Made by a program: the position numbers and the translations under genes. Positions 28,584-37,676 of a stretch of DNA of 64,000 bases are shown here, piece by piece. Below the pieces are notes generated by a model. The model was not told where the DNA came from. It did no database searches and saw only the letters and a program-made list of their open reading frames with translations. Source of the DNA: Acidimicrobiia bacterium (lineage in GTDB: Bacteria; Actinomycetota; Acidimicrobiia; IMCC26256; JAMXLJ01); NCBI GenBank assembly GCA_024281095.1, contig JAMXLJ010000081.1, forward strand, positions 1,361 to 65,360. The letters run 5' to 3'. The first letter of the stretch is position 1; each line of letters starts with the position of its first letter.

Positions 28584-29552
28584 GTGCGCTCGCGGCTCGC
28601 GTCCGACGTCGAGGTCGAGGCCTGGCAGGCCGACGGCTGGGCTCTCGTCGAGGGCCTCGTCGGCACCGACGAGATCGACGCGGCGACGGTCGACCTCGCG
28701 GCGATCTTCCCGACCGCGGAGCAGTACCGCGCGGATCCCGCGGGCGAGACCGAGCGCCGGCTCGGTGTGCCGCCGCCGACCCGCGAGGTCTACACGTGGC
28801 CGCCGGACGGCCCGGGCTTCCGCCCGGAGCAGCACCGCTGGCAGGCGCTGTTCCCGTTCCCAGGCAGCGGCGCGCTGAACCTGCTGTGCGTGCACCCGTC
28901 GATCGTCGACTTCATGGAGCGCGCGCTCCAGACACCCGACATCCGGATCTACCAGGCCGCGATGTCGGCGAAGTACGCAGGATTCACGAACTACGAGCAG
29001 CCCATGCACACCGACCGTAACCACTCGTGGCTTCCCCCGCGGCCGGGGCCGCCATGGTGGCACGTCGAATCCTTCTTGTATCTCTGCGACGTCACCGACG
29101 GCAACGCTCCCACGCATCTCGTATGCGCCGCCGACTCCGCCGGGCGCGATCCGACGGCGCCGCTGATCATGCCCGGCCGCGATCCCGACATCTACGCCGC
29201 CGAACGGGCCGCGACGGGCGTGCGCGGCTCGTTGCTCGCGTATCGGTCCGACGTGTTCCACCGGGGCGTCGATCTCGTCGAGCCCGGTGGCGCGCGCTTC
29301 TTGCTCAACTGCAGCTACAAGGTCGCCGCGCTCGACTGGATCGGATACCACTCGATGCAATCGCGCGCGACGTCGCTCGACTGGGACGCGTTCGTCGAGC
29401 GCGCCTCGCCGCGGCAACTCGAGCTGTTCGGGTTCCCGCCGCCCGGCCATCCCGTTTGGGACGCGGAGATGCTCGACGCCACCGCGCGCCGGTATCCGAA
29501 GCTGGATCTCTCGCCCTGGCGGGCCGCGGCGGCCGGCGTTCGCGAGGTTTGA
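28584..29552 (+). CDS. phytanoyl-CoA dioxygenase (PhyH)-like Fe(II)/2-oxoglutarate oxygenase
   Basis: Size, an HTD (HxD) motif within QPMHTDRNHSW, and a later VFHRG. The assignment is by pattern only. Confidence 0.55.
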   Translation: MRSRLASDVEVEAWQADGWALVEGLVGTDEIDAATVDLAAIFPTAEQYRADPAGETERRLGVPPPTREVYTWPPDGPGFRPEQHRWQALFPFPGSGALNLLCVHPSIVDFMERALQTPDIRIYQAAMSAKYAGFTNYEQPMHTDRNHSWLPPRPGPPWWHVESFLYLCDVTDGNAPTHLVCAADSAGRDPTAPLIMPGRDPDIYAAERAATGVRGSLLAYRSDVFHRGVDLVEPGGARFLLNCSYKVAALDWIGYHSMQSRATSLDWDAFVERASPRQLELFGFPPPGHPVWDAEMLDATARRYPKLDLSPWRAAAAGVREV

Positions 29553-29639
29553 ACCGGCGGCGTGGCCCGCGATGGTCGTGTACCTTCGCCGGGCAACGGT
29601 CGCGGCTCCGGGTACCGGCGGCGCGTGTGGGGGGATGCC

Positions 29640-31235
29640 ATGCAGGCGCGAGCGGCCCGACGGCGGGGGGCAACGCTTCGGCTCACGGTCGCGCTCGCCT
29701 GCTCGGCGGTCGTCGCGGTCGCGACCACCACCGCGGTCGGTGCCGGCGGCGGGGCCGCCAACACACGGCTCGGACCTTGGGACTGGCCGACATACGGCCA
29801 CGACGCCCAACACACCTTTCACGGCCGAACCACGTTGACGCGTGAACGCGCGCAATCACTGCGACAGGCATGGATGTTCCCCACCGGTGACGCGGTCACC
29901 GCCACGCCGACCGTCGTGGCCGGCACCGTGTACGCCGGCTCATGGGACGGTTGGTTCTACGCGGTGTCGCTGCGCACCGGGAAACTGCAGTGGAAGTTCC
30001 AGCTCGACCGGCAGCCCGCGGTCGAACCACAGCCGGGCAAGGTCCCCCGCACCTCCACGTCGTCGGGCGGGATGATCACGTCGTCGGCATGGTTCGAGCG
30101 TGGCGACGGCGAGCGGCCCGATCTCGTGATCTTCGGCGGCGGCTACACGTTGTACGCGCTCGACGCACACACCGGTGCACTGGTGTGGAAGCACGCCTAC
30201 ACCGGCCGGCCCGACCTGCCGCCCGATCCGTCACACGACGACACGCGCATCTTCTCCTCTCCGGTGGTCGCAGCGGGCCGGGTCGTGTTCGGTGTGAGCC
30301 CCGAAGGCGCGCGTGGACGGCGCGGCTACGTCGCCGCCGCGAGCCTCCGCACCGGCGAGCCGCTCTGGCGCTTCGAGACCGACGTCGACGCGCAGGGCCG
30401 CGTGCTGAACGACGGCTGCGGCAGCGTGTGGTCGTCGGGCACCGTCCTGCCTGCGTCGGGCTTCGTGGTGTTCGACGTCGCCGACTGCCACTTCAGCAAC
30501 CTGGAGCCGTATTCGGAGACCGTCTTCGCGCTGCACGTGCGCGACGGCAGCGTCGCGTGGGTGTTCCACCCGCAACGCGCCGACGTCAAGTGCGACACCG
30601 ACTTCGGCGCCAGCGCGAACGCAGGTGTCAGCCGCCGCGGCACGGCAACGTTCCTCGGCGTCGGCGGCAAGGACGGTACCTACTACTCGCTCGACCCGCG
30701 CACCGGCGCGCTGCGCTGGTCCACCAACGTCGTGTTCGGCGGTTTCAGCGGTGGCTTCATCGCGACCGCTGCGTACGACGGCACTCGTGTGCACGCGTCG
30801 ACCGCACTCGGCGACTTCGGCCGCTTCGAGACTTCCGGCGTGGTGCACTGCAAGCCCGATGACCCCCGTGACGTCTCGTTCCAGGAACCGACGGTCCACG
30901 TGTTCGACGCGCGCACCGGGGCCGTGGTCTGGCAGGCGAACGGGGGAGCGTCGTTCGGTCCCACCACCGTCGCCGGAGAACTGAAGTTCAACGGCCCCGC
31001 GCTGCATGATGTCGTGCAGGTGCGCGACCGCGCGAGCGGCGCGCTGCTGACCGAGCTACCGACCACGGCCCCATGCTGGTCAGGGATCGCGACGGTTGGT
31101 GACGCGGTCGTCTTCGGCATCGGAACGACGTACAGCGCGCAACCGGCCGGCATCGTCGCCTTCACGCCGAACGGCACGCCGCCCGAGGTCCCGAGCTCCG
31201 CCTCGCCGCACGAACAGCATCAACCGGGCGACTGA
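29640..31235 (+). CDS. secreted PQQ-like/BamB-like beta-propeller repeat protein
   Basis: Arg-rich signal (MQARAARRRGATL...). Repeated blades of the type TPTVVAGTVYAGSWDGWFYAVSLRTGKLQWKF and YALDAHTGALVWKH. Confidence 0.8.
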   Translation: MQARAARRRGATLRLTVALACSAVVAVATTTAVGAGGGAANTRLGPWDWPTYGHDAQHTFHGRTTLTRERAQSLRQAWMFPTGDAVTATPTVVAGTVYAGSWDGWFYAVSLRTGKLQWKFQLDRQPAVEPQPGKVPRTSTSSGGMITSSAWFERGDGERPDLVIFGGGYTLYALDAHTGALVWKHAYTGRPDLPPDPSHDDTRIFSSPVVAAGRVVFGVSPEGARGRRGYVAAASLRTGEPLWRFETDVDAQGRVLNDGCGSVWSSGTVLPASGFVVFDVADCHFSNLEPYSETVFALHVRDGSVAWVFHPQRADVKCDTDFGASANAGVSRRGTATFLGVGGKDGTYYSLDPRTGALRWSTNVVFGGFSGGFIATAAYDGTRVHASTALGDFGRFETSGVVHCKPDDPRDVSFQEPTVHVFDARTGAVVWQANGGASFGPTTVAGELKFNGPALHDVVQVRDRASGALLTELPTTAPCWSGIATVGDAVVFGIGTTYSAQPAGIVAFTPNGTPPEVPSSASPHEQHQPGD

Positions 31236-31313
31236 GCCGGCGGGCCCTCCCCCGGTGGAAGCACGCGCGCCGCGGGCGGTGCGGCCGGGTCGGAGACGGG
31301 TAGGACCAATGGA

Positions 31314-33338
31314 ATGCGGCGGGTGCTATGGGCAGTGGCGGCGATGGTTCTCTCCTGCGCAGCGGGGGTGGCGTGCGAGCCGAAGCCGCCCGGCCCGCCG
31401 CCACCGACGATCTTCCCGACCGACACGCTGACGGTGGCCGACGCCGGCCAGGCGACGGGCCGGCGCGTGAACCTTCCGAAGCCCGACTGCGCGGTGCGGG
31501 TCTCGGACTGCAACGAGATCAACCTGATCGACCAGCTCGACGGCTTCGACCTCGATCCCGCCGTCGCCATCGGGTTCGACACCCCGATCGACGTCGGGCA
31601 GGTCACCGACGCGAACGTCTCCGTGCAGCGCGTGGCCGGCGGGAGCGCGATCGGCCTGAACCGGCTCGTGTGGGACCCGGCGACGAACACGCTGTACGGC
31701 CATCCGAAGCATCAGCTGCAGCCCGCGACGCGGTACCGGATCGTCGTGACCGCGAACGTCAACGGCCAGGCCGGCACGACGACGTTCACCACGATGAGCG
31801 CCACGCGCGCGCTCGGGCAGATGGTCGCTCAGCTCGATTCCGGCGCCGCGTACACCGCCGCGCACGTCACCGATCGAGCACTCCACCTCGACAGCGACTC
31901 GTCCGGGCAGGCGGCCGCGTACACGTCGGCGAGCGTGGCCCCAGTGGCGGGGCTCAACCGCACCGAGGACATCGGCAGTGGCAACCGGCAGACCGAACAG
32001 GTCTTCGACAGCTCGCTGCCGTCCACTGCCGGCGCGGGCACGTACGCGTTCGGGTGGTTCGACTCACCGCAGTGGCTGGACGCGACCAGCCGTACGATCC
32101 CGACCCCGCCGACGGCCGGGCCGGGGCCCCAGGCCGTGCGGGCCGAACGCGTCGGTTTCGCGCTGATCACACCAGGTCCGGCGTGTGTGATGCCGGCCGG
32201 AGGATGGCCGGTGGCGGTCTTCGGGCCGGGCATCACGCGCTCGAAGTACGACGTGTTCCTCGCCTCCGACGAGAACCTCCGCCAGTGCATCGCGACGATC
32301 GCGATCGACCCGGTCGGTCACGCGTACGGCCCCGCGAGCTTCGTCACGATCACGAAGAGCATCCCACCGGGCGCGACGGTCACCGTGACGTCGCACGGTC
32401 GCGGCGTGGACGTGAACGGTGACGGTGTGATCACCGATTCCGAGGGCGTACAGACGCGTGGTCAACCCGATCCGAACGCGGCGATCGCGTTGCGCGACGG
32501 ACTGCGCCAGACCGCGCTCGACAACGCGGCGCTCGTGCGCGCGCTCGCACACGACTACGGCAGCGGGTTGGGCTTCGCCGTGCCCGGCGCCGGCACGCTG
32601 TCGCGCACCGACATCAAGTACTACGCCGAGAGCCTCGGCGGCATCTACGGCACGATGGTGATGGCGACCGACCCGAAGCTTTCCGTCGGTGCGCTCAACG
32701 TGCCCGGCGGCCCGATCCTCGACATCGCTCGCCTTTCGCCCGACTTCCGCGGCCAGGTCGGCGCCGAGCTGCACGACCGGATCCCGTCGCTCTACGCGTG
32801 CAGCCCCAACCCGCCGAGCGACTCCAACTGCACCGGCTTCCAGGAGCAGACACCGCTGTACCTGGACCCGCCCGTGACGAGTCCGGCCGCGAGCGCGATC
32901 GCGATCCAACAGGTCGGTGCGCGCACGAACTGGCTCGACCGTCTCGGCAGCCCGGAGTCGTTCGCGCCGCTCCTCGTGCCGAACGGGAAGAAGGTGATCT
33001 ATCAGTTCGCGTTCGGTGACCGAACCGTTCCGAACCCGGCGAGCGCAACACTGGTGCGCGCCGGCGATCTCCAAGGAGTCACGAGCCTGTACCGCCACGA
33101 CAAGGACCCGGCCGCCACCCCGAACTGCAACCCGCACGGCTTCCTGCTGGATCCGCGCATCAGCGCACCCGCCCGCACCCAGGCCCAGTTGCAGATCGCG
33201 GCGTTCTTCCACGGCAACGGCGCGAACCCCGCCATCAACCCGGATCCGGTGACGTGGGAGGTCCCGGTCACGAATCTCGACGAGATGGAGACGGCGAACT
33301 TCCCCACCCCGCCGCCGACGCCCCCACCGACCTGCTGA
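31314..33338 (+). CDS. lipoprotein with an N-terminal Ig-like region and a putative alpha/beta-hydrolase core
   Basis: Lipobox signal (AAMVLSCAAGVAC) and a nucleophile-elbow-like YYAESLGGIYG. The Pro-rich C-terminus ends in Cys. Confidence 0.6.
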   Translation: MRRVLWAVAAMVLSCAAGVACEPKPPGPPPPTIFPTDTLTVADAGQATGRRVNLPKPDCAVRVSDCNEINLIDQLDGFDLDPAVAIGFDTPIDVGQVTDANVSVQRVAGGSAIGLNRLVWDPATNTLYGHPKHQLQPATRYRIVVTANVNGQAGTTTFTTMSATRALGQMVAQLDSGAAYTAAHVTDRALHLDSDSSGQAAAYTSASVAPVAGLNRTEDIGSGNRQTEQVFDSSLPSTAGAGTYAFGWFDSPQWLDATSRTIPTPPTAGPGPQAVRAERVGFALITPGPACVMPAGGWPVAVFGPGITRSKYDVFLASDENLRQCIATIAIDPVGHAYGPASFVTITKSIPPGATVTVTSHGRGVDVNGDGVITDSEGVQTRGQPDPNAAIALRDGLRQTALDNAALVRALAHDYGSGLGFAVPGAGTLSRTDIKYYAESLGGIYGTMVMATDPKLSVGALNVPGGPILDIARLSPDFRGQVGAELHDRIPSLYACSPNPPSDSNCTGFQEQTPLYLDPPVTSPAASAIAIQQVGARTNWLDRLGSPESFAPLLVPNGKKVIYQFAFGDRTVPNPASATLVRAGDLQGVTSLYRHDKDPAATPNCNPHGFLLDPRISAPARTQAQLQIAAFFHGNGANPAINPDPVTWEVPVTNLDEMETANFPTPPPTPPPTC

Positions 33339-33363
33339 CGCGGTCGGGCGAGTGCGCGGGTGG

Positions 33364-33585
33364 TCAGACCCGGCGGATCTGCCGGGCCGCGAACTCCGTC
33401 GGGATCACATAGCGGTCCGACATTCTGCGGACGCGGTATCCACCTGGTGTGGTTGCCGCGATCTCGAAACCACGGGTCCAGGCCGCGACGAACTCGTTGC
33501 GCACTTCCACTGCCGTACCGACCGACAGCGACGATTCCGGCGAGATTTTCGGGGACGTCTGCGGGGAGGACCCACTCCGCTCCAT
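33364..33585 (-). CDS. small protein (73 aa) carrying the VEVR..W..GFE..YRVRR domain
   Basis: AGAGGA lies 6-7 nt before the ATG. Residues AVEVRNEFVAAWTRGFEIAA..GYRVRRMSDRYVIPTEFAARQIRRV align with the C-terminus of the 14781-15500 protein. Confidence 0.5.
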   Translation of the reverse strand: MERSGSSPQTSPKISPESSLSVGTAVEVRNEFVAAWTRGFEIAATTPGGYRVRRMSDRYVIPTEFAARQIRRV

Positions 33586-33910
33586 GCCAGTCCTCTTTTC
33601 TGTCGCGACCGTGCCCTACGCGTTGCGCGAAACCGGCTCGACCGCGTCTCGTCCTGCTGGCTGTTGCAACTGTCGCCGGGACCGCAACCCGCAAGACCCA
33701 CGCGCCGGCACCGCCGCACCGGCCATGCCGCTCGAAACCCGGACTCCGGTCATGGTCGCGCGAAGTCTTGCGGCGATCTAGACGGAATTCTCTGCCAGGT
33801 CCCTCTTTGCCACGGAACGTGACATCGAGGAGTTGCGTCGCAAAGATCGGTGCCGAAAGGATGCGATTCCGGGGTTTGGAAATCGCCGACTTTGGAGAGT
33901 GCGCCGGCTC

Positions 33911-34069
33911 ATGGAAGTCATCGTCATCCCGTTGAGCTCGCTCGGGCGGCTCCTTCTCGGTGCCGCCGGTTCGTTCGCCGACTTTGCCACCAACACGCTC
34001 GCGACGCTCGGCGGCCAGGGCGACGACGACGCGCTCCCCTACGACCCCTGGCTGCCCGACGAAGCGTGA
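33911..34069 (+). CDS. possible small protein (52 aa): hydrophobic N-terminus, acidic C-terminus
   Basis: Sequence MEVIVIPLSSLGRLLLGAAGSFADFATNTLATLGGQGDDDALPYDPWLPDEA. Third codon positions are G/C-rich, and GGAGAG lies upstream. There is no homology evidence. Confidence 0.35.
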   Translation: MEVIVIPLSSLGRLLLGAAGSFADFATNTLATLGGQGDDDALPYDPWLPDEA

Positions 34070-34084
34070 CGAGGCGGGTGGCGG

Positions 34085-34750
34085 TCACTCCGTCCATCCC
34101 GGTCGCACCAGACCAAGCTCGTAGGCGAGCATCACGAGCTGCGCACGATCCCGGGCACCGAGCTTCGTCATCGCCCGGCTGACATGGGTGCGCGCCGTCG
34201 CGGGGCTGATGACGAGAACCTCGGCGATCTCGTCGTTCGACAGGCCGCCGGCGACATGGCTCATCACCTCCCGCTCGCGGTCCGTGAGCAGCGCGAGGTC
34301 GGGCGCCCGCTCGTTGGGCTTGGCCCGCAGCGCGTACTCCTCGACCAGGCGCCGGGTGGCGCGCGGTGACAGCAGCGAGTCGCCCGCCGCGACCGTGCGC
34401 ACGGCCCGCACGAGATCGACGGGCTCGGTGTCCTTCACGAGGAACCCGCTCGCTCCCGACCGCAGGCCGTCGAAGACGTACTCGTCGAGGTCGAACGTCG
34501 TCAGGATGATCACCTTGACGGCTTCGAGCGCGGGGTCGCGCGCGATGGCTCGCGTCGCGGCGATCCCGTCGACGCGCGGCATGCGCACGTCCATCAGCAC
34601 GACGTCGGGCTTGGTCGTCGCGACGATTCGGGCCGCCTCCTCACCGTCGGAAGCCTCGCCGACCACCTCGATGTCGTCCTCGGCATCGAGCAGCGCGCGC
34701 AATCCGGCCCGCACCAACGCCTGATCGTCGGCCAGCAGGACGCGGATCAC
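34085..34750 (-). CDS. NarL/LuxR-family response regulator
   Basis: Receiver domain (IRVLLADDQALVR...DVVLMDVRMP) plus a LuxR HTH (LTDREREVMSHVAGGLSNDEIAEVLVISPATARTHVS). Confidence 0.92.
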   Translation of the reverse strand: MIRVLLADDQALVRAGLRALLDAEDDIEVVGEASDGEEAARIVATTKPDVVLMDVRMPRVDGIAATRAIARDPALEAVKVIILTTFDLDEYVFDGLRSGASGFLVKDTEPVDLVRAVRTVAAGDSLLSPRATRRLVEEYALRAKPNERAPDLALLTDREREVMSHVAGGLSNDEIAEVLVISPATARTHVSRAMTKLGARDRAQLVMLAYELGLVRPGWTE

Positions 34751-35937
34751 GAGGCGTCACCGAACGGCAGCGTCGCATGCACCTCGAAGCCGCCCCGCAC
34801 GCGTGGACCGGCGGTCAGCACACCTCCTACCGATGCGGCACGCTCGCGCATCCCGGCGATCCCGTGCCCACCCGCGTTCACGTCCATCCCGTCGCGCCCG
34901 GCGACGCCCTCGTCGACGATTCCGATGTCGAGCATGCCGTCACGCCGGCAGAGACGCACGATCGCGTCGGGCCGGCTCGAATGGCGGGCCACGTTCGTCA
35001 ACGACTCCTGGATGATGCGGTACGCCGCGAGGTCGACGTTGCGCGGCAGGTGCTCCAGATCGCCGTCGGTCTGCACCTTCACGTGCACGCCGCTGTCGCG
35101 TGCCCGCGTGACGAGCTCGTCGAGCCGCCGCAGAGTGGGCACGGGCGACCGTGGTGCAGCTTCGTCGTCCTGGCGGAGCACTCCGAGGATCGATCGGAGC
35201 TCGAGCAGGCCGTCCTTGCTGACGTCCTTGATCGTGGACAGCGCCGCTCGCGCCTGCTCCGGATCGGTGTCGAGCAGGTGGAGCGCGACCCCGGCACGCA
35301 GGTTGATGAGCGACATGCCGTGCGCCACGACGTCGTGCAGCTCCTGCGCGATGCGCAACCGTTCGTCAGCCGCCCGCCGGCGCCCAACCTCTTCGCGCGC
35401 CCGTTCGGCTTCGCGGGCGCGCTCCCGCCGGTTGCGCGCGAGCTCCGAGAGGGTCAACAGCACGAGGAGCCACGCCGCGAGCCCGACGAGGTTGCCGACC
35501 GCCGGCGCGGGGAGGCGGCCGATCGCATAGCCGATCCACGGGAACGTGAGGAATCCGAGGATGACGGTCGCGGCCGCGATGACGCGCAACCCCCGTAGCA
35601 CGACGGTGACGAACGCCACCACGAGCGCCACGAAGACCGGCCCTCGAGGGTAACCGAGCGACCAGTACAGCAGCGTCGTCGCGAACGTCACTCCCAACAC
35701 GGTGACCGGATAGCGCCGCCGGAACGGGAGGGCGGCGATGCCGAGCGCGAGGAGCACGATCCCGGCGGCACCCAACGTCCCGTAGCCCGACTCGTGCTGT
35801 GATGCCGCCGCGGTGCCGCCGATCTCGACGAAGGACGCGGTCACGACCAGCGCGGCCTCGATCGCGACCGTCCGGCGCCGCGAAAGCGACTGTTCGTGCA
35901 CGAGTGTCAGGGTATCGATCAGCCTGTCCACCGCCAT
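34747..35937 (-). CDS. HisKA_3-type sensor histidine kinase (polytopic N-terminus)
   Basis: About 5 TM helices, the H-box RIAQELHDVVAHGMS, and an ATPase domain with the G-box GHGIAGMRERA. It overlaps the regulator gene by 4 nt. Confidence 0.9.
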   Translation of the reverse strand: MAVDRLIDTLTLVHEQSLSRRRTVAIEAALVVTASFVEIGGTAAASQHESGYGTLGAAGIVLLALGIAALPFRRRYPVTVLGVTFATTLLYWSLGYPRGPVFVALVVAFVTVVLRGLRVIAAATVILGFLTFPWIGYAIGRLPAPAVGNLVGLAAWLLVLLTLSELARNRRERAREAERAREEVGRRRAADERLRIAQELHDVVAHGMSLINLRAGVALHLLDTDPEQARAALSTIKDVSKDGLLELRSILGVLRQDDEAAPRSPVPTLRRLDELVTRARDSGVHVKVQTDGDLEHLPRNVDLAAYRIIQESLTNVARHSSRPDAIVRLCRRDGMLDIGIVDEGVAGRDGMDVNAGGHGIAGMRERAASVGGVLTAGPRVRGGFEVHATLPFGDAS

Positions 35938-36020
35938 CCGCCGCGGCGCGCGAGCTCGCGTACGTCAGACGTCGTACACGTGGGCGCAGTGCCCCCGACG
36001 GCGCGGTAGCGTGCTGGCGC

Positions 36021-36335
36021 ATGGACGGGCTGGATCACCTTCGTCCACTCGAACGGCGCATCACACGCTTGGCCGCCTCCGGTATGCCTCCGGAGGAGAT
36101 CGGGCGGCGCTTCCACCGCAGCGGTGAGCACATCGAACGTGTCCTCACGCTGGCGAGCCTCCCGCACCGGCGCGCTCACGAGCATCATGACGGCCTCAAC
36201 CCGCTCGAACGACGCCTGTTGCGCTGGCGCGACGCCGGGGTCTCGCCCGAGGAGCTCGCGGACCGGTTCCGCCGCGGCCCGGGTTACGTCGAGCGCGTGC
36301 TCGCGCTGGCCGAGTACAAGCAGCATCACGTCTGA
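36021..36335 (+). CDS. small protein made of two tandem LuxR/sigma-70-region-4-like HTH units
   Basis: LRPLERRITRLAASGMPPEEIGRRFHRSGEHIERVLTLASL aligns with LNPLERRLLRWRDAGVSPEELADRFRRGPGYVERVLALAEY. The gene is divergent from the kinase operon, with an 83-bp gap. Confidence 0.6.
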   Translation: MDGLDHLRPLERRITRLAASGMPPEEIGRRFHRSGEHIERVLTLASLPHRRAHEHHDGLNPLERRLLRWRDAGVSPEELADRFRRGPGYVERVLALAEYKQHHV

Positions 36336-36916
36336 GCGCGCCCGCGCGCTCGCTCCTTCGGATCGTTCGACCACACCGCGGTCGCGGCCGGGCAGGCACC
36401 CAGCGGCCGCCCACACGCGTCGAAGTCGCACAGCCGGCACAACCATCCGGCCTGGGGAGGACGGTTCGCGGCGCGGGCCGCGAGCCGCCGGCCGGTCGTC
36501 GCGGCGAGCAATTTCTCGCACAGCTCGGTGAGCTGCGCCCGCTCGCCGGCGCCGAGATCGCCGATGACGGAATCGACCGCGGCCGCGCGAGCCGCGAGCA
36601 CGCGGCGGGCTGCGCCCCGGCCCCTGGTGGTCAGCACGATGGAGACGGAACGCGCGTCCGGGCCGGCACGGCGCGAGACGTACCCCTCCTCCTCGAGCCG
36701 GTCGACGAGGCGAACCGCTCCCGAGTGCGTGAGCCCGACGACCCGCCGGAGCTCGTCGATCGTCGGATGATCGAGGAACTCGTGGAGGGCGACGAGCGCG
36801 CTCGGGCCGGCAGCTCCATGAGCGGCCGCGACCTCGGTGACCTGCCGCACCTCGTCGGCGACTGCCAGCGCGAGCGCGCCGAAGATGTTCGCGAGCCGGC
36901 GGTCGCCGTCAGCCAA
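36326..36916 (-). CDS. MarR-family transcriptional regulator with a C-terminal Cys cluster
   Basis: Winged HTH (TIDELRRVVGLTHSGAVRLVDRLEEEGYVSRR) and the tail WLCRLCDFDACGRPLGACP. The proposed TTG start at 36916 overlaps the upstream stop by 8 nt and is uncertain. Confidence 0.8.
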   Translation of the reverse strand: MADGDRRLANIFGALALAVADEVRQVTEVAAAHGAAGPSALVALHEFLDHPTIDELRRVVGLTHSGAVRLVDRLEEEGYVSRRAGPDARSVSIVLTTRGRGAARRVLAARAAAVDSVIGDLGAGERAQLTELCEKLLAATTGRRLAARAANRPPQAGWLCRLCDFDACGRPLGACPAATAVWSNDPKERARGRAQT

Positions 36917-37304
36917 AGTCGTACTCGAGCTCGAACGTCGCGCGCGAGCCGAGCGGAGCCGCAAAGGACCCGCTTCCACTGAGGCCCTCGAGCTCCTCGG
37001 TCGCGGACCCGGGCACCACCGCGGCATTCCACGTCGCGGTCTGCCCGTCGAATGCACCATTCGTCTCGAGCACGAAGCTGCCGCGACGATCACCGACCCG
37101 GCCCTCGACGCGCTGGAAGCCGACGAAGCGCGCGGTGCCGTCGGCCCGGTACGCCATCAACCACCGGGCCGTGCCGTCCCCGCTGACGTCACCGTCGAAA
37201 CGCTGTGTCACCGCCGCGTGCGACAGCTTCCCGGCTGCGCCCCGATCCTCGTACGCGTTCTCGTCCCACGACAGCACCTCGAACGATCCCGTGGCAGTGG
37301 ACAT
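36909..37304 (-). CDS. DUF3224-like protein
   Basis: 131 aa. SFEVLSWDE...GDVSGDGTARWLMAYRADGTARFVGFQRVEGRVGDRRGSFVLE matches my recollection of the DUF3224 pattern. Confidence 0.7.
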   Translation of the reverse strand: MSTATGSFEVLSWDENAYEDRGAAGKLSHAAVTQRFDGDVSGDGTARWLMAYRADGTARFVGFQRVEGRVGDRRGSFVLETNGAFDGQTATWNAAVVPGSATEELEGLSGSGSFAAPLGSRATFELEYDFG

Positions 37305-37323
37305 GAGAGCATCTCCCTATATA

Positions 37324-37338
37324 TATGAGTCGCTCATA
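37324..37338. promoter_or_regulatory. 15-bp palindrome TATGAG-TCG-CTCATA next to a TATATATAT tract; candidate MarR operator
   Basis: Read directly from the sequence. It lies 20 nt upstream of the DUF3224-marR operon start codon. Confidence 0.3.
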
Positions 37339-37400
37339 CGTTACCCACGCGACGGGTGCCGTAGTCGAGGCGGTCCAAAATCGCTGGAACGGCGATGCAC

Positions 37401-37568
37401 CCGCCCGGTGGACTGGGCGGCGTGTCGCACCCGCGGATGCGATACGGCATAGCGAGGCCGCGAGGCGAGGTCGACGCCACGGCTGTCACGGACGCGTGGA
37501 ACCGCGTCATGGAGCTTTCCGACTACGACGGCCCGACGGTGTGGTTCCACGGCGACCTTGCGTACTGA
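37401..37568 (+). pseudogene. possible remnant of an aminoglycoside/choline-kinase-type phosphotransferase (APH family)
   Basis: The frame reads ...RPRGEVDATAVTDAWNRVMELSDYDGPTVWFHGDLAY*. It stops inside the HGDLxxxN catalytic-loop motif. There is no upstream start or N-lobe in the same frame. Confidence 0.35.
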
Positions 37569-37676
37569 ATTTGCTCGCGCACCATCCGGTCCGCGTCGCC
37601 AACACGATCCCGGAATCGAAGCGGTGCTCGCCGACGCCGAGACGTAGCTGTCACACCCCCGTCATATGGTGAGCAC

